Shown here piece by piece: positions 1 to 14,169 of a stretch of 64,000 bases of DNA. Source of the DNA: Lama guanicoe (Eukaryota); contig MU056000.1 of NCBI GenBank assembly GCA_013239625.1, positions 13,913,787 to 13,977,786 of the forward strand, written 5' to 3'. The translations under genes and the position numbers were made by a program. The notes below the pieces were generated by a model that searched no databases, was not told the DNA's origin, and saw only the letters and a program-made list of their open reading frames with translations. How positions within the stretch are numbered: the first letter of the stretch is position 1; the number at the start of each line of letters is the position of its first letter.

Positions 1-435
1 GATAGGACCACGTGGTTTGAGGGTCTCGCTCGCACAGTCTAGCTTGACCACATGTGTTAGCTTGACTACATTGTCTGAGGCTCCCTAGTTACCTAATTTT
101 AGCCTGACTGCGCTGTTGGAAGGTCCCGAGTTACCTGATCTTGTTTTTGCAGAGTGTGTGTTTCACAGAGCAGAACGAGCTGGAAATGAAGCAGGAAAGG
201 AGCAGACAATGGAAAGAGGACAAGAAACACCAAAGGGGACAGATAAAAGGACCCTGTTAAGACCCCAAGAGCAGGAGTCCTTACGTCAAGTCATCTGACT
301 CGAGTGTTTTTCCACTCGAGTGTCTTTTCCTCCTTTGAGCAATAAAACAGCTTTCATTCTGCCTCTTTGTCTCCACTGTGAATTCTTTCACGGCCAGAAG
401 ACAAGAACACACTCTTTGGGGTTTTCTCTATTTCA
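1..435 (+). mobile_element. 3' part of an ERV LTR (5' end outside window)
   Basis: TATA-like GATAAAA at ~242, AATAAA at 341-346, U5-like 'gaattctttcacggcc..aagacaagaac' and terminal ...TTTCA at 435. No PBS follows. Confidence 0.7.
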
Positions 436-1075
436 GGGGGCTTCCTTGTGCACTAACGCCTTTGCAACTTTAATCCTCAATATAAAACCCTTATGTTCCA
501 TCATACTTTTAGGATAATGAGATTACCCATGGGAGGAAATATATACAATTATCCTAAAATAACAAAAGATATCAGACAAAACTTACTTTAAACATTAATT
601 CTAACAACAACAACAACAAAAAACCCAAACATGCAAACACCAATCCTGGAGACATGTAACATGTAGAATTACCTTTAAGAATTCTGACAACTGAGAGCCA
701 ACAGTCCATAAATAATTAGGTATTAATCATTTTTGAATAATAATAATACATGAACCTTTTTTTATCTGTTATTTTATGAAAATTGGCATTTCCTAGAAGA
801 GTAAAAAACACTTGGGAGAAACTTTAAAAGACAGGGTTCAAAATGTATTTATAAATCTTTGACTAATAGTCTAAAGTTTTGCCATTCCTATTTATGATAT
901 AATTCAATCACATGGTCAGTTTTATTATTTAGAAAACAATGCATTTTTATCTAAATAGGATTAACAAAGTCATAACTCCTAGAATCTTGGTATATATGGT
1001 AAATGATCTTATGCTTTTCCATGTTATTTTTACTCAGTAATTGCTCTCTCTGGGGAAAAAAAAAATCACTTGTCT

Positions 1076-1312
1076 ACCGGGGGGGGGTTAGAGGGTGGGA
1101 AGAGATAGACTGGGATTTCAAAATTGTAGAATAGATAAACAAGATTACACTGTATAGCACAGGGAAATATACACAAAATGTTATGATAAATCACAGAGAA
1201 AAAAATGTGACAATGAGTGTGTATATGTCCATGAATGACTGAAAAATTGTGCTGAACACTGGAATTTGACACAACACTGTAAAATGATTATGAATCAATA
1301 AAAAATATAAAA
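1076..1312 (+). mobile_element. 5'-truncated young L1 (3'UTR only) with A-tail and intact TSD
   Basis: L1 3'UTR motifs (tgtatagcacagggaa; gacacaacactgtaaa) and AATAAA plus A-tail. TSD aaaaatcacttgtct at 1061-1075 and 1313-1327. Confidence 0.9.
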
Positions 1313-2964
1313 AAAAATCACTTGTCTTAGATAACTTTAAAGTACAGTCTAATCAGCATTTCTATAGTTGCCAAAAAATTCCTCAGAGTCCTCTGCTTGA
1401 GTTCACGGAAAGGTTATACATTGTAAGAGTATTATCCAATTTTCAATAGGATTTAAAGAATACGTTGAGATTTTGATTTCACACACACTCATATGAACGT
1501 ATATCCAAATTGTGTAACAGCAAAGAATCACTGCAAAAAAAATCCTTCATGGTAAAGCAAATTTTTGTTTTGTTGAGGGTTGAAGTAGGTAGTGGCTTTT
1601 AAAATTATGTGCTACAAAAACTCCCTAAATCAACCAAAGTGTCCATATTTGCATCACTATGTATTGTGAGGAGAGAAGAAGAGGAGAAGAGGAGAAGACT
1701 TTGATCAGCAAGATGATTTAATGCTGTTAGGTGAGCTCTTTTCCTACATCCATAACTTTGGAATGTATTTTGGTTTTTATACAAACCAAGTATCACCAGG
1801 ATGTGGTTAGTTCCAGACGGTGTTTTAACTACTAAAACATGTTGAGATATTTTAACCTGAGTTCTGAATCTCTTTTTTCCTAGTCATTAAAGTTTTCTTT
1901 TAAAACGTTTATTTTATTTTTTGTTGTTGCTTTTCAAGGGATATTTATGTTCATAGTTTTTCTCCCTGACCTCTCCTACATATAAAATACTATCTTGTTT
2001 ATTGGATAGAGATTTTTCTCTTTTTCCTCATTTTTATATCATTGTTTTAATATTATTGTTGGTTCTTTTGATTGTTATTGCTTCCAACACTGATCTTAAT
2101 TAAGCATTTTCAGTTATCTAGAATTCCTAATTTATTTCCTACATCTTTCACACATCATCAGGGTGCCTGCTATTTCTTCTTAATTATTTGAACAAAATGC
2201 ATTTGTATCAGAAACTTTAAGCCTTCTTTTCCTATTACATTGAAGCTACTTTTGTTTCTATTATATTTAAAATGATAATTAGTTTTCTGAAAAGAAAATG
2301 TGTTGACTATCATTAGTATATCCCCAGACTTTTGGATTACCTGTAAAATTATCTTCTCTTTCATTACAGTGATATTGCATGCTCCTAAATTTTCTGATTT
2401 TGTAATACAAAAGTTTTTTCATAACCTTCTAATCCCACTAATTATACATAGTTATTATTATAACTATTACATTTTTAAAATACTAGGTAATTTATTTTCT
2501 CTATGTTTGTATCTTTTGCTTAAAAAAATCTAATGTTTATGTAGTGATATTGATCAATCATTTTATGTTTCCTGTCTTTCTTCTTTAATCTTCCTTTCAT
2601 CTAATGCTATAAAATAATCTCATGTTTTCTTGTAAAAAACAAATAGCATATGCCCTTAATCAATTTGGTAAACCTTTTGGATGTCAATTTACCTAGTTTT
2701 ACATGGAAGAGCAATTGTACCAGTGCCTTTCACGTCGTAATGTATTTTAATTTGTAACTTCAACTTGGACATATACCAAGTCATGGCAAACATGACTCCA
2801 CTTCCTAAGGGTGCTACAAAGTCCACTAGATTTATTTTTCAAACCAAATGGATGTTGATTTTTGTTTTATCAGCCCTGTCCCAATTATTTTTCCTAAAAT
2901 GTTCTTGAGTTTTTAGGACTATGCACTCTTTCATATAAATTTTTGGATCACTCTAGATTGTTGA

Positions 2965-3130
2965 CTCCAGTAAATGTTACTTACCCTGTGCCAGTACCTA
3001 AAAGGTACTAAGACTACAATAAACAAAACAGATAAAAACCCTCATCCTTACGGAGTATGCATTTTTATGAGAAAGAAAGAAAATGGGCAAGATATATAAA
3101 ATTATATAGTATATTATGCAGTGATAATGC
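2965..3130 (-). mobile_element. L2 3' fragment
   Basis: Pattern 'tgtgccag..actaagactacaataaacaaaacagataaaaaccctcatccttacggag' is typical of an antisense L2 3' end. Confidence 0.55.
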
Positions 3131-3149
3131 TAAAGATAACAGATATATT

Positions 3150-4600
3150 GTGTTTTCAATCAGCCATTTATGTGTTGATTGATCACCAAAATATCTCGGT
3201 AGCTTCCAACAACAAATATTTATTTCTATCTTGCATCAGTATAAGAACAATGACTAAGTGGATGTCATAGGGAGGATCATGAACACAGAATGAAGCCACT
3301 GAAGGGCATTTAAAGTGTCTTCTTAAACATGGTTTACCACATGTTGGCTCATTTTCTGTTGGCAAAACAGTCACTGGCAAAGCATAAAGTTAAAGTAACA
3401 GGGACATATATGCCCCCTACAGGGAAAGCATGGTAAGGGAGGGAATAAACAATTGTGAGTAAATAAAACAGTCTGTTCACAGTGTCCTCTCTAGACTCAA
3501 ATAACTGTGTGCCCTGGAGAGGAAAAATCCACTTCTCTGTTCCCTGACCCCCCCCCGAAACTCATTAAATCATGGCACCAGGCTTGATTTCAACATCTTT
3601 TACTATAATCACACACAATCTGGCTCTTCTTGATCCGGAGACCACTGAATTAGGTCACATTATTTTCCCCATCATAAATCTAACACATAATTGGGGATTA
3701 ATAAGGACAAAATTATAGAAATATAAGAGAAAAATTTTAAAAGAAAAAAATGGCAGTGGTTCATAGTCATTCAGGAATTATTCTGTGCAATCATTACAAG
3801 GGTTTCTGTCCCTAAGGCTCTGAGGCTAACTAATTTGTTGAACTTTTTATATTTGCATTTTTAGCCCTGAAACTCATGAAATGTCTGGTTTCTTCCTCTT
3901 CCCTTTCATGTCTATTAGAAAAGACCAATATTTTTCCCTGAGTGTATCTCTTCCTTGTAGTACCTTATCAAATGTAGCTTATAACAATCAACTCATATTA
4001 CACATATCCTCTCTTAAAATCTCTTCTCCTAAAACCACGAGTTCACATTAGGCATATTTTCTGCCTTCCAAGTTATCCTAGGGAAGTATTTATCAAAGCA
4101 AATGAGTCACTTTCTAGCATTATATAAGCTTTACTTCATACTGTGTTCTTCAAACACAATTCTGCATACTTTACTATTGTCATAGTGGTGGTGTAGGTGG
4201 TGACAAAACTTGCTTCTACAGAGAAATAATATGGAAAGCATTATCACTTGGTTTATTAGTCAACTTCTGTTGCATTGACAGGTAACTCCTGTATCTCAAT
4301 GATTGACAACCGCAAACATTGTTTCTTCTCAGTTTGCACGTCGCAGGAGATCTCTGGCTTGCTTCAGTTCTGCTGTGCTCTGTCCTGCTCACCTCCACTA
4401 AGCTCCAGTGTCTTCTCACTAGGCAGAAGGAGTGGCTTCTTTCTAGGTTATGCTGTTATCAGAGCAGAGGCCGAGAACAGGGGAAACTGAGCCAACTCAT
4501 GCAAGCTCATTAAGCTTTATGCTCAGAGGTGATTTGCACTAGGGTGTTTCATATGTCATTGACCAAGGCAAATTCATTGGTGAATCCCAATGGCATGGAG
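3150..4600 (-). mobile_element. Old MaLR (MLT1-type) remnant: two LTR-like segments (~3150-3480, ~4255-4600) with possible internal sequence
   Basis: Both segments begin with an MLT1-like antisense end (..atctc..g..t..caac..caaa.att..tttct) in the same orientation. Confidence 0.5.
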
Positions 4601-6199
4601 ACACAAATATTATTTCATATTTTTGTTCCTGAATGTGCCATCATTTCATCTGCCATATGTGATCCTTTTCAAATAATTTCTTAGACTGCATCATAAAATG
4701 TTAATGGTTAGCTGAAGTACATTTAAGAAAGGAAGATTTGACGGGAATAGTAAAAGAGCATTTGGTTCATTGAAGCTTGTCCCTTTTAATACACTTTTTC
4801 CCCAGGATAGTCTTGATTCTAATTGCTTCTTAAAAGACCTTGTGTCTTTGCTTCAGTAACTCCGCCAGGTGAGCAAGTAAGTCATTCCCTGAGATTAACC
4901 CCAGGCCCTCACCTACCACAACTGTAATTAACTGATCATAAACGTATTGTAATTAATATTTTTATTACATGAATAATAATATTTATTTGGGAAAGTGACT
5001 ACCTTCATATAAAATATATATTTATTAGTAGATAATTCTGGGAGAAAATTGGTTGACATGTAAGTGGTTAGATAATGTGATACATGACTTATCCAGGATG
5101 TCTGACATTATGAAGATTAACCAGAGGGTTTCAGAATCTCTACCTTAAATTATTTCATGCAGATACAGTTTACATTGAAAATGCTACTTTCAGATTTTTA
5201 AAAAGACATATAAGGAAACTAGGATTTTCCTCCATCAAAGACACTTGAATATTGATCATTAAATAATACATTAAGCTCTGCCTGCAATGTTTTAAATACA
5301 TGAATAAAATAAATGACTAATTCTACAGCTATTGAATGCCACACATCAAAAGGACAACAACCCTATCTCAGAATCTTCACTGTAATCTGGAAGAATATCT
5401 TTAAAATTGCTTAACCTACATCCTGGGTTACCATGTGTCAACATACACTATTTCAAAGCTGGTTCTTCTGCACAAATTTTTTTTATTCCAAGCAATGATA
5501 CAATGGGCCACTTTTCTTTTTAACATTCTCTTACTTTCAATCATAAGCATGACTCATAAATAACTGAAAGTATGTAAACTTGCAAATTCCAATTGAAAAT
5601 GATTCCTAGTTTTTTTAGTATGCTATGAAGAATAGGAAATTGACCTATAAAGACTAACAATGACATTAACTAGTAACAATCAAAATATTTCTAAAAACTA
5701 TATACCCATGACCATAAACACAATACCTATCTGAAACAGAGTAAGTAAAAGAAGAATCAGTTTACAACTTTGTCATAGCATATAGCCAAATAGACTAGGC
5801 ACGAATCATAAAACTAATGACGTGTTATGACTGGTTAGTTTCTAAATAGGCAACCTCAAAGTATTTCAAAATATTTAATTTAAAATTAAAAGAATGTCTT
5901 ATTTATTTATAGCTATTACCTTGTTTAAAAAATATGCTCTTCAGGTATATGTATCTTGTTTAATAGAATGAATGTATAATAAAATAAATTTCAATTGTCC
6001 TTATTTTATATATTAAATCTCATAACATAGATAAATATATTTTGTCCTTAACAAGGCTGAATGAAAAACTATTTATAATAGACTAATAACTTGCCTGCTT
6101 TACAATTAATTAGAGGATTTCAGCTTTCTTTCAAAATTCAGACTTTCAATTTAGTCAGGTTGAATATGAAATTCATATACTATTTATCTTCTGCACATG

Positions 6200-9100
6200 A
6201 TGGAGTGGTACATATCTGACTAGCTCTCCCATTGAATATAACCACACAAGCTGCACAATATACATAAAATGACTGTCATTAGGGAGCATTCCATGTAGGA
6301 AGGCCTGGATGAGGTATGGTCCTTGATGGAAAGGAAGCATAACAAGATGAACTTTATATTCTCAATGACTCAGGGTATTTTTTTAGTTTGCCATGCCAGG
6401 AAAAAGAGACCAAACAGAAAGTATGCACTTTTTGGAGACAGAGATTGGGGTTAAGGGCTGGCACAGTACTTGAAAAGAGAACCAAGGCATAAACAAGAAA
6501 CGTTAGAGAAATGAACTCAAAAATCGGACTGCAATTTTCCTTGTGGTAATTATAGACACGTAGGGTACATCTGCACATGTGGATTCTCTAAGAAGCCAAA
6601 ACAAAGTACAGCTGGAAGACAAAAGAGCTAAGTGGACATTGCATCCATGAGGCACTAGGAATCAGAATTAGTACATGCTTGTGACTCCAGGTGATACTAG
6701 AGAAAAACTGGGTTTTAGGAGTAAGGACTACTTCCCAGGAATACGGGGAAAAGTTCTAACAAAATCTAAGTAACTTAAGTAATCCGTATTCTGTATGTCT
6801 GCAAGAAAATAACAACTCTCTGTGGAGGAAGGTGACATAATCAGGAATTTCTACAACATTTATACATAATGTTCAGTCAATAATTCTAAGACATATTTAA
6901 AAATGGAAAATTAACAAAACCAAACAAAAACAATCAATAAAGTGACCCAGATATGATGTTAATATTGGAGTTATTAGGAAAGGGTTTTAAAATAGCTACA
7001 ATTAATATGTTTAAGAATATATATAAAAAAAAGTGAAGAATTTTAGCAGATACCAATAATGTATATTTAATAAGTCAAGTAAAAATTATAGAACCAAAAT
7101 ATGTCTATGCTGAAGAATACACTTAATAAATTTAATATACAAGGTTAATTGGAGAATAAACACAGTGGAAAGGAAGATTAGTGTACTAGAATATAGGTCA
7201 ACATAAAATATTCAGATTAAAGAAGAGAGAGAAAAAATTAAATATAGAGAGAAAAGAATAATAGACTGACAGTGCATAGTTAAATGACTGAACATGTATA
7301 CTTTCCAGAATCAGCAAGAAAGAAGTAAGAAAATAACACAGAAGAAATAATTGAATAAAGGCTGAACAAAGTTTCCCAGAACTAATAAAAGATAGATTAA
7401 AAATTCCTTATATCTGAAAAGCAGATTCTTTAAAAAGTAAATACTTCCCAGGCACAATATAACTGAACTTCTAAAAAGCAAATAATATCTTAAAATAAGA
7501 AAAATATATTAAAGTAGAATAAATTAATCTACAGTAAAATGATAATAAGACTGAGAGCTGACTTTTTAATAGACAAGGTGGTGGTCAGCAGACAGTTACA
7601 TTACATCATTAATTATTGAAATAGAAAAAGAAAATTTCAAAACAGAATTCTATCCCTAGCAGAAATACTTTCTAAAAAGTAGGAAAAAACAAGTTTATGA
7701 AAAAACAAAAGGAAAAAAAGAATCATTGATAGTAGACCAGACCAGCACTAAAAGGGACAGAAAGGGATTTTTAAAGAAAATATAGAATTTCCTTAAAAAA
7801 ATGATTATAGAAGGAAACACAGAAATTCAGGAAAGAATAAATAGCACCAGAAAGGATAAATTATAATTGACTTAATACATGATTCTTTACTATTTAACAC
7901 AACAAAAAATGGCAATTTCATACCGGGCTTAATATATAAGATAATAAAAACAGCAAAAATCAAAGAGGTTACAATGGTGTTAAACAGTTTAAAGTTGTTC
8001 CATTTTTTTTTCTGTGTTTTTTTAATTGAAGTATAGTCAGTTTATAATGTTGTGTCAATTTCTGGTGTACAGCATAATATATCGGTCCTACATCTACACA
8101 TATATTTGTTTTCATATTCCTTTTCATTATAGGTTACTACAAGATGTTGAATATAGTTCCCTGTGCTGTACAGAAGAAACTTGTTGTTTATCTACCTTAG
8201 ATATAGTAGTTAGTACTGGCAAATCTCAAACTCCTAATTTATCCCTTCCTATGCCCTATCCCCCTGGTAACAAAAAGTTTATTTTCTATGTCTGTTGGTT
8301 ATTTCCATTTTGTAAATAAGTTCATTTGTGTGTGTGTCTCTCTCTGTCTTTTTTTTTTTTAATATTTGAGTGATATAATGTGGTATTTTTCTTTCACTTT
8401 CTGGCTTACTTCACTTAGAATGACGATCTCCAGGACTATCCATGTTGCTGCAAATTGCATTATTTTAGTCTTTTTTTTATCTGAGTAGTATTCCATTGTA
8501 TAAATATACTACAATTTCTTTATCCAGTCATCTGTTGATGGACATTTAGGTTGTTTCCATGTCTTGGCTGTTGTATATAGTGCTTCTATGGACATTGGGG
8601 TGCATGTACCTTTTTGAATTAGAGTTCCCTCTGGATATATATCCAGGAATGTGATTACTGGATCATATGGTATGTCTATTTTTAGTTTTTTGAGGACTCT
8701 CCATACTGTTTTCTGTAACAGTTGCACAAAACTACATTCCCACCAACAGTGTAGGAGGATTCACTTTTCTCCACATCCTCTCCAGCATTGATCATTTGTG
8801 GACTTTTTAACGATGGCCATTCTGACTGCTGTGAGGTGATACCTCATCGTAGTTTTGATTTACATTTCTTTAATAATTAGCAATATTGAGCCTTTTTTTC
8901 ATGTGCCTATTGGCCATTTAGTATGTCTTTACTGGAGAATTGCTTATTTAGGTCTTCTGCACATTTTTGGATTGGGTTGTTTGATTTTTTCTTGTTATTA
9001 AGCTGAATAAGATATTTATATATTCTGGAAATTAAGCTCTTGTCAGACTCATCATTTGCAAATATTTTCTCCCATCCCCTAGGCTTTTTGTTTTGCTTAT

Positions 9101-10140
9101 GGTTTCCTTTGCTGTTAAAAAGCTTATACATTTAAGTCGGTCTCATTTTGTTTAGTTTTGCTTTAAAAGCCATTCAATTTTTTCAAGAGATAAATTATAA
9201 TTTAAGGTGGAATGAAATAAATTGTAGTAACTAGAGCAAACATTAAAGAAAAATAAAGTAAAATAAAATGGTAATTGAAGAGAAAATGAATGAAATCAAA
9301 TACATGAATAATTCAAAGAAACTAAGAAAGAAGAAAAAAGGGAAGAAAATTAAAAGAAACAAATAGCAAGAAAGTAGACAAGTAGAAATACATCAGTAAT
9401 TTATAAGTGTAGTAAATAAAAATAAACAACAAAAATTGTGAAACCAGATTAAAATAAAACAAAAGAGTAACAAAAACTTAGCTTAGTGGCTTACATAAAA
9501 CTTTTTAAAAATAAGAACAATATACTTGAAAGTAAAATGATGGAAAACATACCATCCAACCATTAACCAAAACAAGAAAAAAATCTAGTAAGTTATATTA
9601 ATATTAGACAAAGTGGACTCTAAGTTATAGACTATTATTAGAGTGATGTTTCACAATGAAATATTTTCAATCTAAGAGATAGAACCCATGCCTTCAATCT
9701 GTATGTATCCAGTAATACGATTTCAAACTATACTTAAACAAACACAACACAGAAAAACAAAAACTAATACAAAATAAACTAATAAACAGAAAAATTACAG
9801 CATCATAGTGAGAGGCATTAATATATATCTCAGCAGCTGACAAACAAAAATTCTGTATGAATACAGAATATTGTGATGGCATAATGAATAAACTTGAACT
9901 AATTCACGTATGTAGGAAACTAACCATGAAGCTGCAAAGTTTACCCTCTTATAAAGTGCATAGGGATGTGTTTAAATTAAGTCCATGCTGACATTTGAAG
10001 AAACTCTCAGAAAGTTTCAAAAGATGCCTGTAATCATGATAAAATATAGGTATCCTCTTTTTAAAAGTATACTAGAAAAACTCCAACTTACTGGTAATTA
10101 AAACATGTACTTCACATTTTGATAGATCAAAGGAGAAGCT
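6200..10140 (+). mobile_element. Ancient degraded L1 (ORF1 to ORF2 endonuclease region), interrupted by a younger L1
   Basis: A-rich ORF1-like sequence at 6900-7900. EN-like 'tggaaaacataccatccaaccattaaccaaa...ttatattaatattagacaaagtggac' (WKKIYHAN..ILISDKVD) at ~9540-9620. Confidence 0.7.
8001..9163 (-). mobile_element. 5'-truncated lineage-specific L1 (ORF2 C-terminus + 3'UTR) nested in an older L1
   Basis: ORFs 8509-8727 ([11 protein letters not shown]...TAKTWKQPKCPSTDDWIKK) and 8907-9131 (WEKIFAN..SDK.LIS.IYK) are L1 ORF2 C-terminal motifs. T-rich tail at ~8003-8024. Confidence 0.92.
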
Positions 10141-13100
10141 TGCTTGTTTGTTTCTTTTAATTCCTGTTTCAAGTAAAATATTAATGCTGAATATATTATA
10201 TGCTATTTATATTTGTTTTCATGAAAATGTAAATAATAAATGAAAGACAATGGTCCTTCCTCTAAAATATTTTGCTATCAACAAAATCACATCAATGTCA
10301 ATATTTTCATCAGTGATACTTCCTTTCTCACCAACATTAAAATTTACCCAAATGTGTTAGTTTTCTAATTCTTAGCATTATGGGAAATACTGCCATCTAT
10401 TGAACTTTTAGGACTTGATTCCCCTAATATTACATTGCACTTTATGAAATCTAGTCACCAGTGGACTAAAGTTGTTGGATCACTTAAAATGTTGCAATCA
10501 TTTCAAGCTCTTCGGGGAAGTTTTGTTAAACAAGTTTCTGCTGTTTTACTGTGATTATTTGACATGGGTTCCTCTTCTTTCCCCAACTAGGTTATTTACA
10601 AGGAAATTCTCAAACTACAAGTCCCTCATCTAGGGTATAGAAGGTTTGTGTTATGAACTTTCATGTAAGATATTGATTTTATATGCATATTCTTTACATA
10701 GAATAATAGACATTAGTGAGTTTCTACCTACCTGAGGAAAAAGATTAAGGAATAACTATAACTTAACTATACCACAGGTGAAGTCAGAGAAGGAAATAGT
10801 AAGAATCTTAAGAAGTAGAGTAGATACCTTTCAATAGAAGGATTAATATTGAGGAATTTACACCTTGAGATGTTTTTCTCTGAAGAAGAACTGGGCATCC
10901 CTTGTGTCCTCTGAGTAACGATTCAAGCCATAGATGGGCTGATTTGGTCTCTTTCCCTGAAAGTTTCACCCATAGCTCCCTTTCCTAATACTGTCCTGGG
11001 CCCATGTAGGCATTATCTGGAACTGAGCAGACGCTGTCCTCTTAGTTGGATGTGTACCATCCAGCCTCTATTCTCCCTGTAGCCTCCCTGACACCGACGG
11101 CAGCCTGCTTCCACCTGGACCTTTATTTACCTTGCATCTCCCTAGTGTAAAGACTTTGGAAAGCAAATTATCAGTCTAGATCCCTCTAACTCTCGAATGC
11201 TTACTCCAAACCTATTTAGCTTAAATTAAGATAACAGTGATAGCTTTAAATTAAGATATACGATGTAACAAGCTGACTCACTTTGTCAGGCCAGGATAAA
11301 CTAATGAAAGAAAGAAAAAAGAGAATGTAAAAGATGCTGTGAGAGAATGTTTTCCAAAGTTTTGTGTGCCAGATGTTTACACTGCAATCAATCACAGTAT
11401 GAATGTAACACGGCTCTCACAGGTAAAGAGGGAAAAAAGTTAGATCAGTAACAAAACAAAACAAAACAAAAACAAAAAAAACTTAAGAGAAACGATTAGA
11501 CTACTGGATCTATCTGATGACGGGATATGATTTTAATATAAATTGAACTGCATATAGATTTGTACATTTCATGGTGCCTCATGAACACCAGTCCTCATAA
11601 TGTATTGTTTCTTCCTCCAAGCAGTTTGCAAAGTTTCCCCCAGATATCGAGCCATTTGATGAGTTACAATGCTTGTGGGAAAATTAAAGAATGCTCTACT
11701 GTAGGCTACTCTCGTCATGGTGACACCCAATCATTCCGAAGGCAGCAGTATGTTTAGTGTTGTATGAGCAAAAAATAAAATCTCTTTTAAACAAATCAGA
11801 GTGTGAGGTTCTAGGTGTGGACTAACTCGGTTTCCAAACACTAAGAGCATCTTACAGTGTGGCAGGGTTGACAGCTGTCAGTCATTCCAGTCATTCTGCA
11901 TGGACAGCTACTGACTGAAGAAAGGTACGTCCCATTAGCTGTGATGCGTTCACACAGAGAGTGTACATTTATTCTGCGTCCTTGTTGGGTAAAACCATTG
12001 TTACACTATAAACTGTTGCTTCAACAATACCACTATATCAATCAAAATACAATTCAGAATACATTTGTCTCTCTTCATCAACATGACAATTTTCTACTGA
12101 CTTCTAAAATCAATTATAACGGACTTGTCAATTTTAAAATCAGTTTTTAGGTAGAAAAGGAGGGACAGAATGTGGGAGATACTATTTGTACCATTATCAA
12201 ACAATTATTGAGCCCTTACTGTGTAAAGCTTGAGTTTTTTCACTCTATCATAATAAAAATTATAATACTAATATATGTCTTAAAAATAGTGGTGGTAGAA
12301 TCTAATAGAAAAAAGGTAGACAGGTTGTTGTTGTAAGTGATAATAAAGTTTATATTCAGCTGAGTTTAGCGTTATCACTCATTCCCTTTTTAAAAACTCT
12401 TTGGACTTCGGTCTCCTCACCCTATAAAATGACTGCACTTGTCTTATAATGAAATATGTGTATATGCATATTGTGTGAAATAAATGACAAAAAAAAATAA
12501 GAGTACACTGTAATTTTGTAAAATGACTTAAAACTTAATTATGGTTTATGGTTTAATTTGGTGGACTTATCTATGATTTATGCTTTTCTTTAAACATTCT
12601 TTCTTCACAGAGCAAAAACCACATGAAAGAACCAGGCCACATAATCTTATACCTAGAATCAATATTTTAAAGCAGTTTTACCTAACTATGAATTTGACTT
12701 GCCTGGCTTTAACAAGGGTCCTTCATCAATGTGAGTTTGACAGAGTATTGAAATTGAACTCATTTACAAATTCATTTAGTAATCCTTTCTCCAGGGCGAG
12801 ACACCTGTCCAAGCATTTAAGCTTACAGAGACTAATCAAGCATCAATCTTACTTAGAGGGAGATATGCACCTATGGAAATAAATATAGCACAGAAGTGCA
12901 CGGGGAAGTGCCACGTAACAGGAAACAAGGATTAGTGAACTCTGCAACAGAGTTCAGAGAAACCTACAAGAGGGCTTTTAAAAAAAAAGGAATGTGAGTG
13001 TGGAGAATTCTGGGCTGATTTAAGGATGTGCAAACTCTTATCAGGCTTTAGGAAGAGGCAGTATTCCATGGCAGGTAGGTGTGGAGTGTCCTGAGAGCAA

Positions 13101-13486
13101 TATTAAGAGATAAGGCTGGGTAAGGCCACTCACACTGACTTGTGAAGAGCCTTTATCGAGGTGCCACGTTGCCTACTTCATTACAGTTTTAAACATCATG
13201 TGTAAGAAAGACATAAGGGACAGTCCCCCTATAGAGTTTGTATGAGAATTAATGGTTATTCTGTAAAATGTTACCCATAGTTTCTGTCACATTAGAAATA
13301 CTCAAACATGTTTCTTTCCCTCTCTGAGGACGTCATACACAGTATTTCATTCTGAACACATAGAACCGACGCCCTTTCCCCCGCTGAATTGCTTGACAGT
13401 TTAATAGTCTGTGCTCTTCATTCACAAGTTCATGTTCTACTCTGAGATCAGATTTTATTATATTAGCTGTATCTTCTTGTTGGATG

Positions 13487-13517
<31 letters not shown>

Positions 13518-13527
13518 GGTGTGGTGT
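13487..13527. repeat. (TG)n/(GGGT)n microsatellite
   Basis: Direct reading. Confidence 0.9.
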
Positions 13528-13946
13528 AAAAAGTATTCATTCATAACCTGAAGGATTTTTTAAAAATTTCAGTCACAAAATTTACATATGCAATTATTAA
13601 GCAAGAGTGGAATGCCCTCATCAAATGTACTTTGAATGTATTTTGAATAACTCCGTGATTAAGAATTTGAATAAGAATTCTCCAAGAACAAGAATTTGAA
13701 TTCCTTAGTAACATATAACTGCTTCAGCAAATGCAGGACATCATTACTTAGCATGGCTGTCTCAGTTTTAATATTTAACTGTGATGCCAATTGAAATAGG
13801 TATCTTTAACACAGTGACAATTGTCTACCAGGTTCAGGAGACAGCAAGTGGAGTGATTTCTTCAGTCTCATGGCTAGAAGGGAGACCATACAAAACAAAA
13901 TACTCCCATTTAAGATAACAGTAACATGACGTTATATATTCAAGTA

Positions 13947-14169
13947 CAGTTGACCTCTGAACAACGCAGGGGTTAGGAGCGTCCACCCTCTGGGCGATCC
14001 CAAAATGCACATCGCTTATAGTCAACCCTCTGCATCCAGGTTCCTCTGTATCCACAGATGCAATCAGATGTTGGTCTGGCTGTGTAGTACTGGACTACTT
14101 ACTACCGAGAAAAATCCATGGATAAGTGGGCCCTTGCAGCTCCAGTCTGTGTTGTTCAAAGGTCAACTG
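13947..14169. mobile_element. Tigger2/MER8-family non-autonomous DNA transposon (223 bp)
   Basis: TIRs CAGTTGACCTCTGAACAAC / GTTGTTCAAAGGTCAACTG (18/19 match), flanked by TA on both sides. Confidence 0.9.

Noticed and set aside
1600..1740. Purine-rich stretch ending in a plus-strand TAG|GTGAG donor; possible pseudogene or antisense exon
   Set aside because: No recognisable protein, TSD or convincing acceptor.
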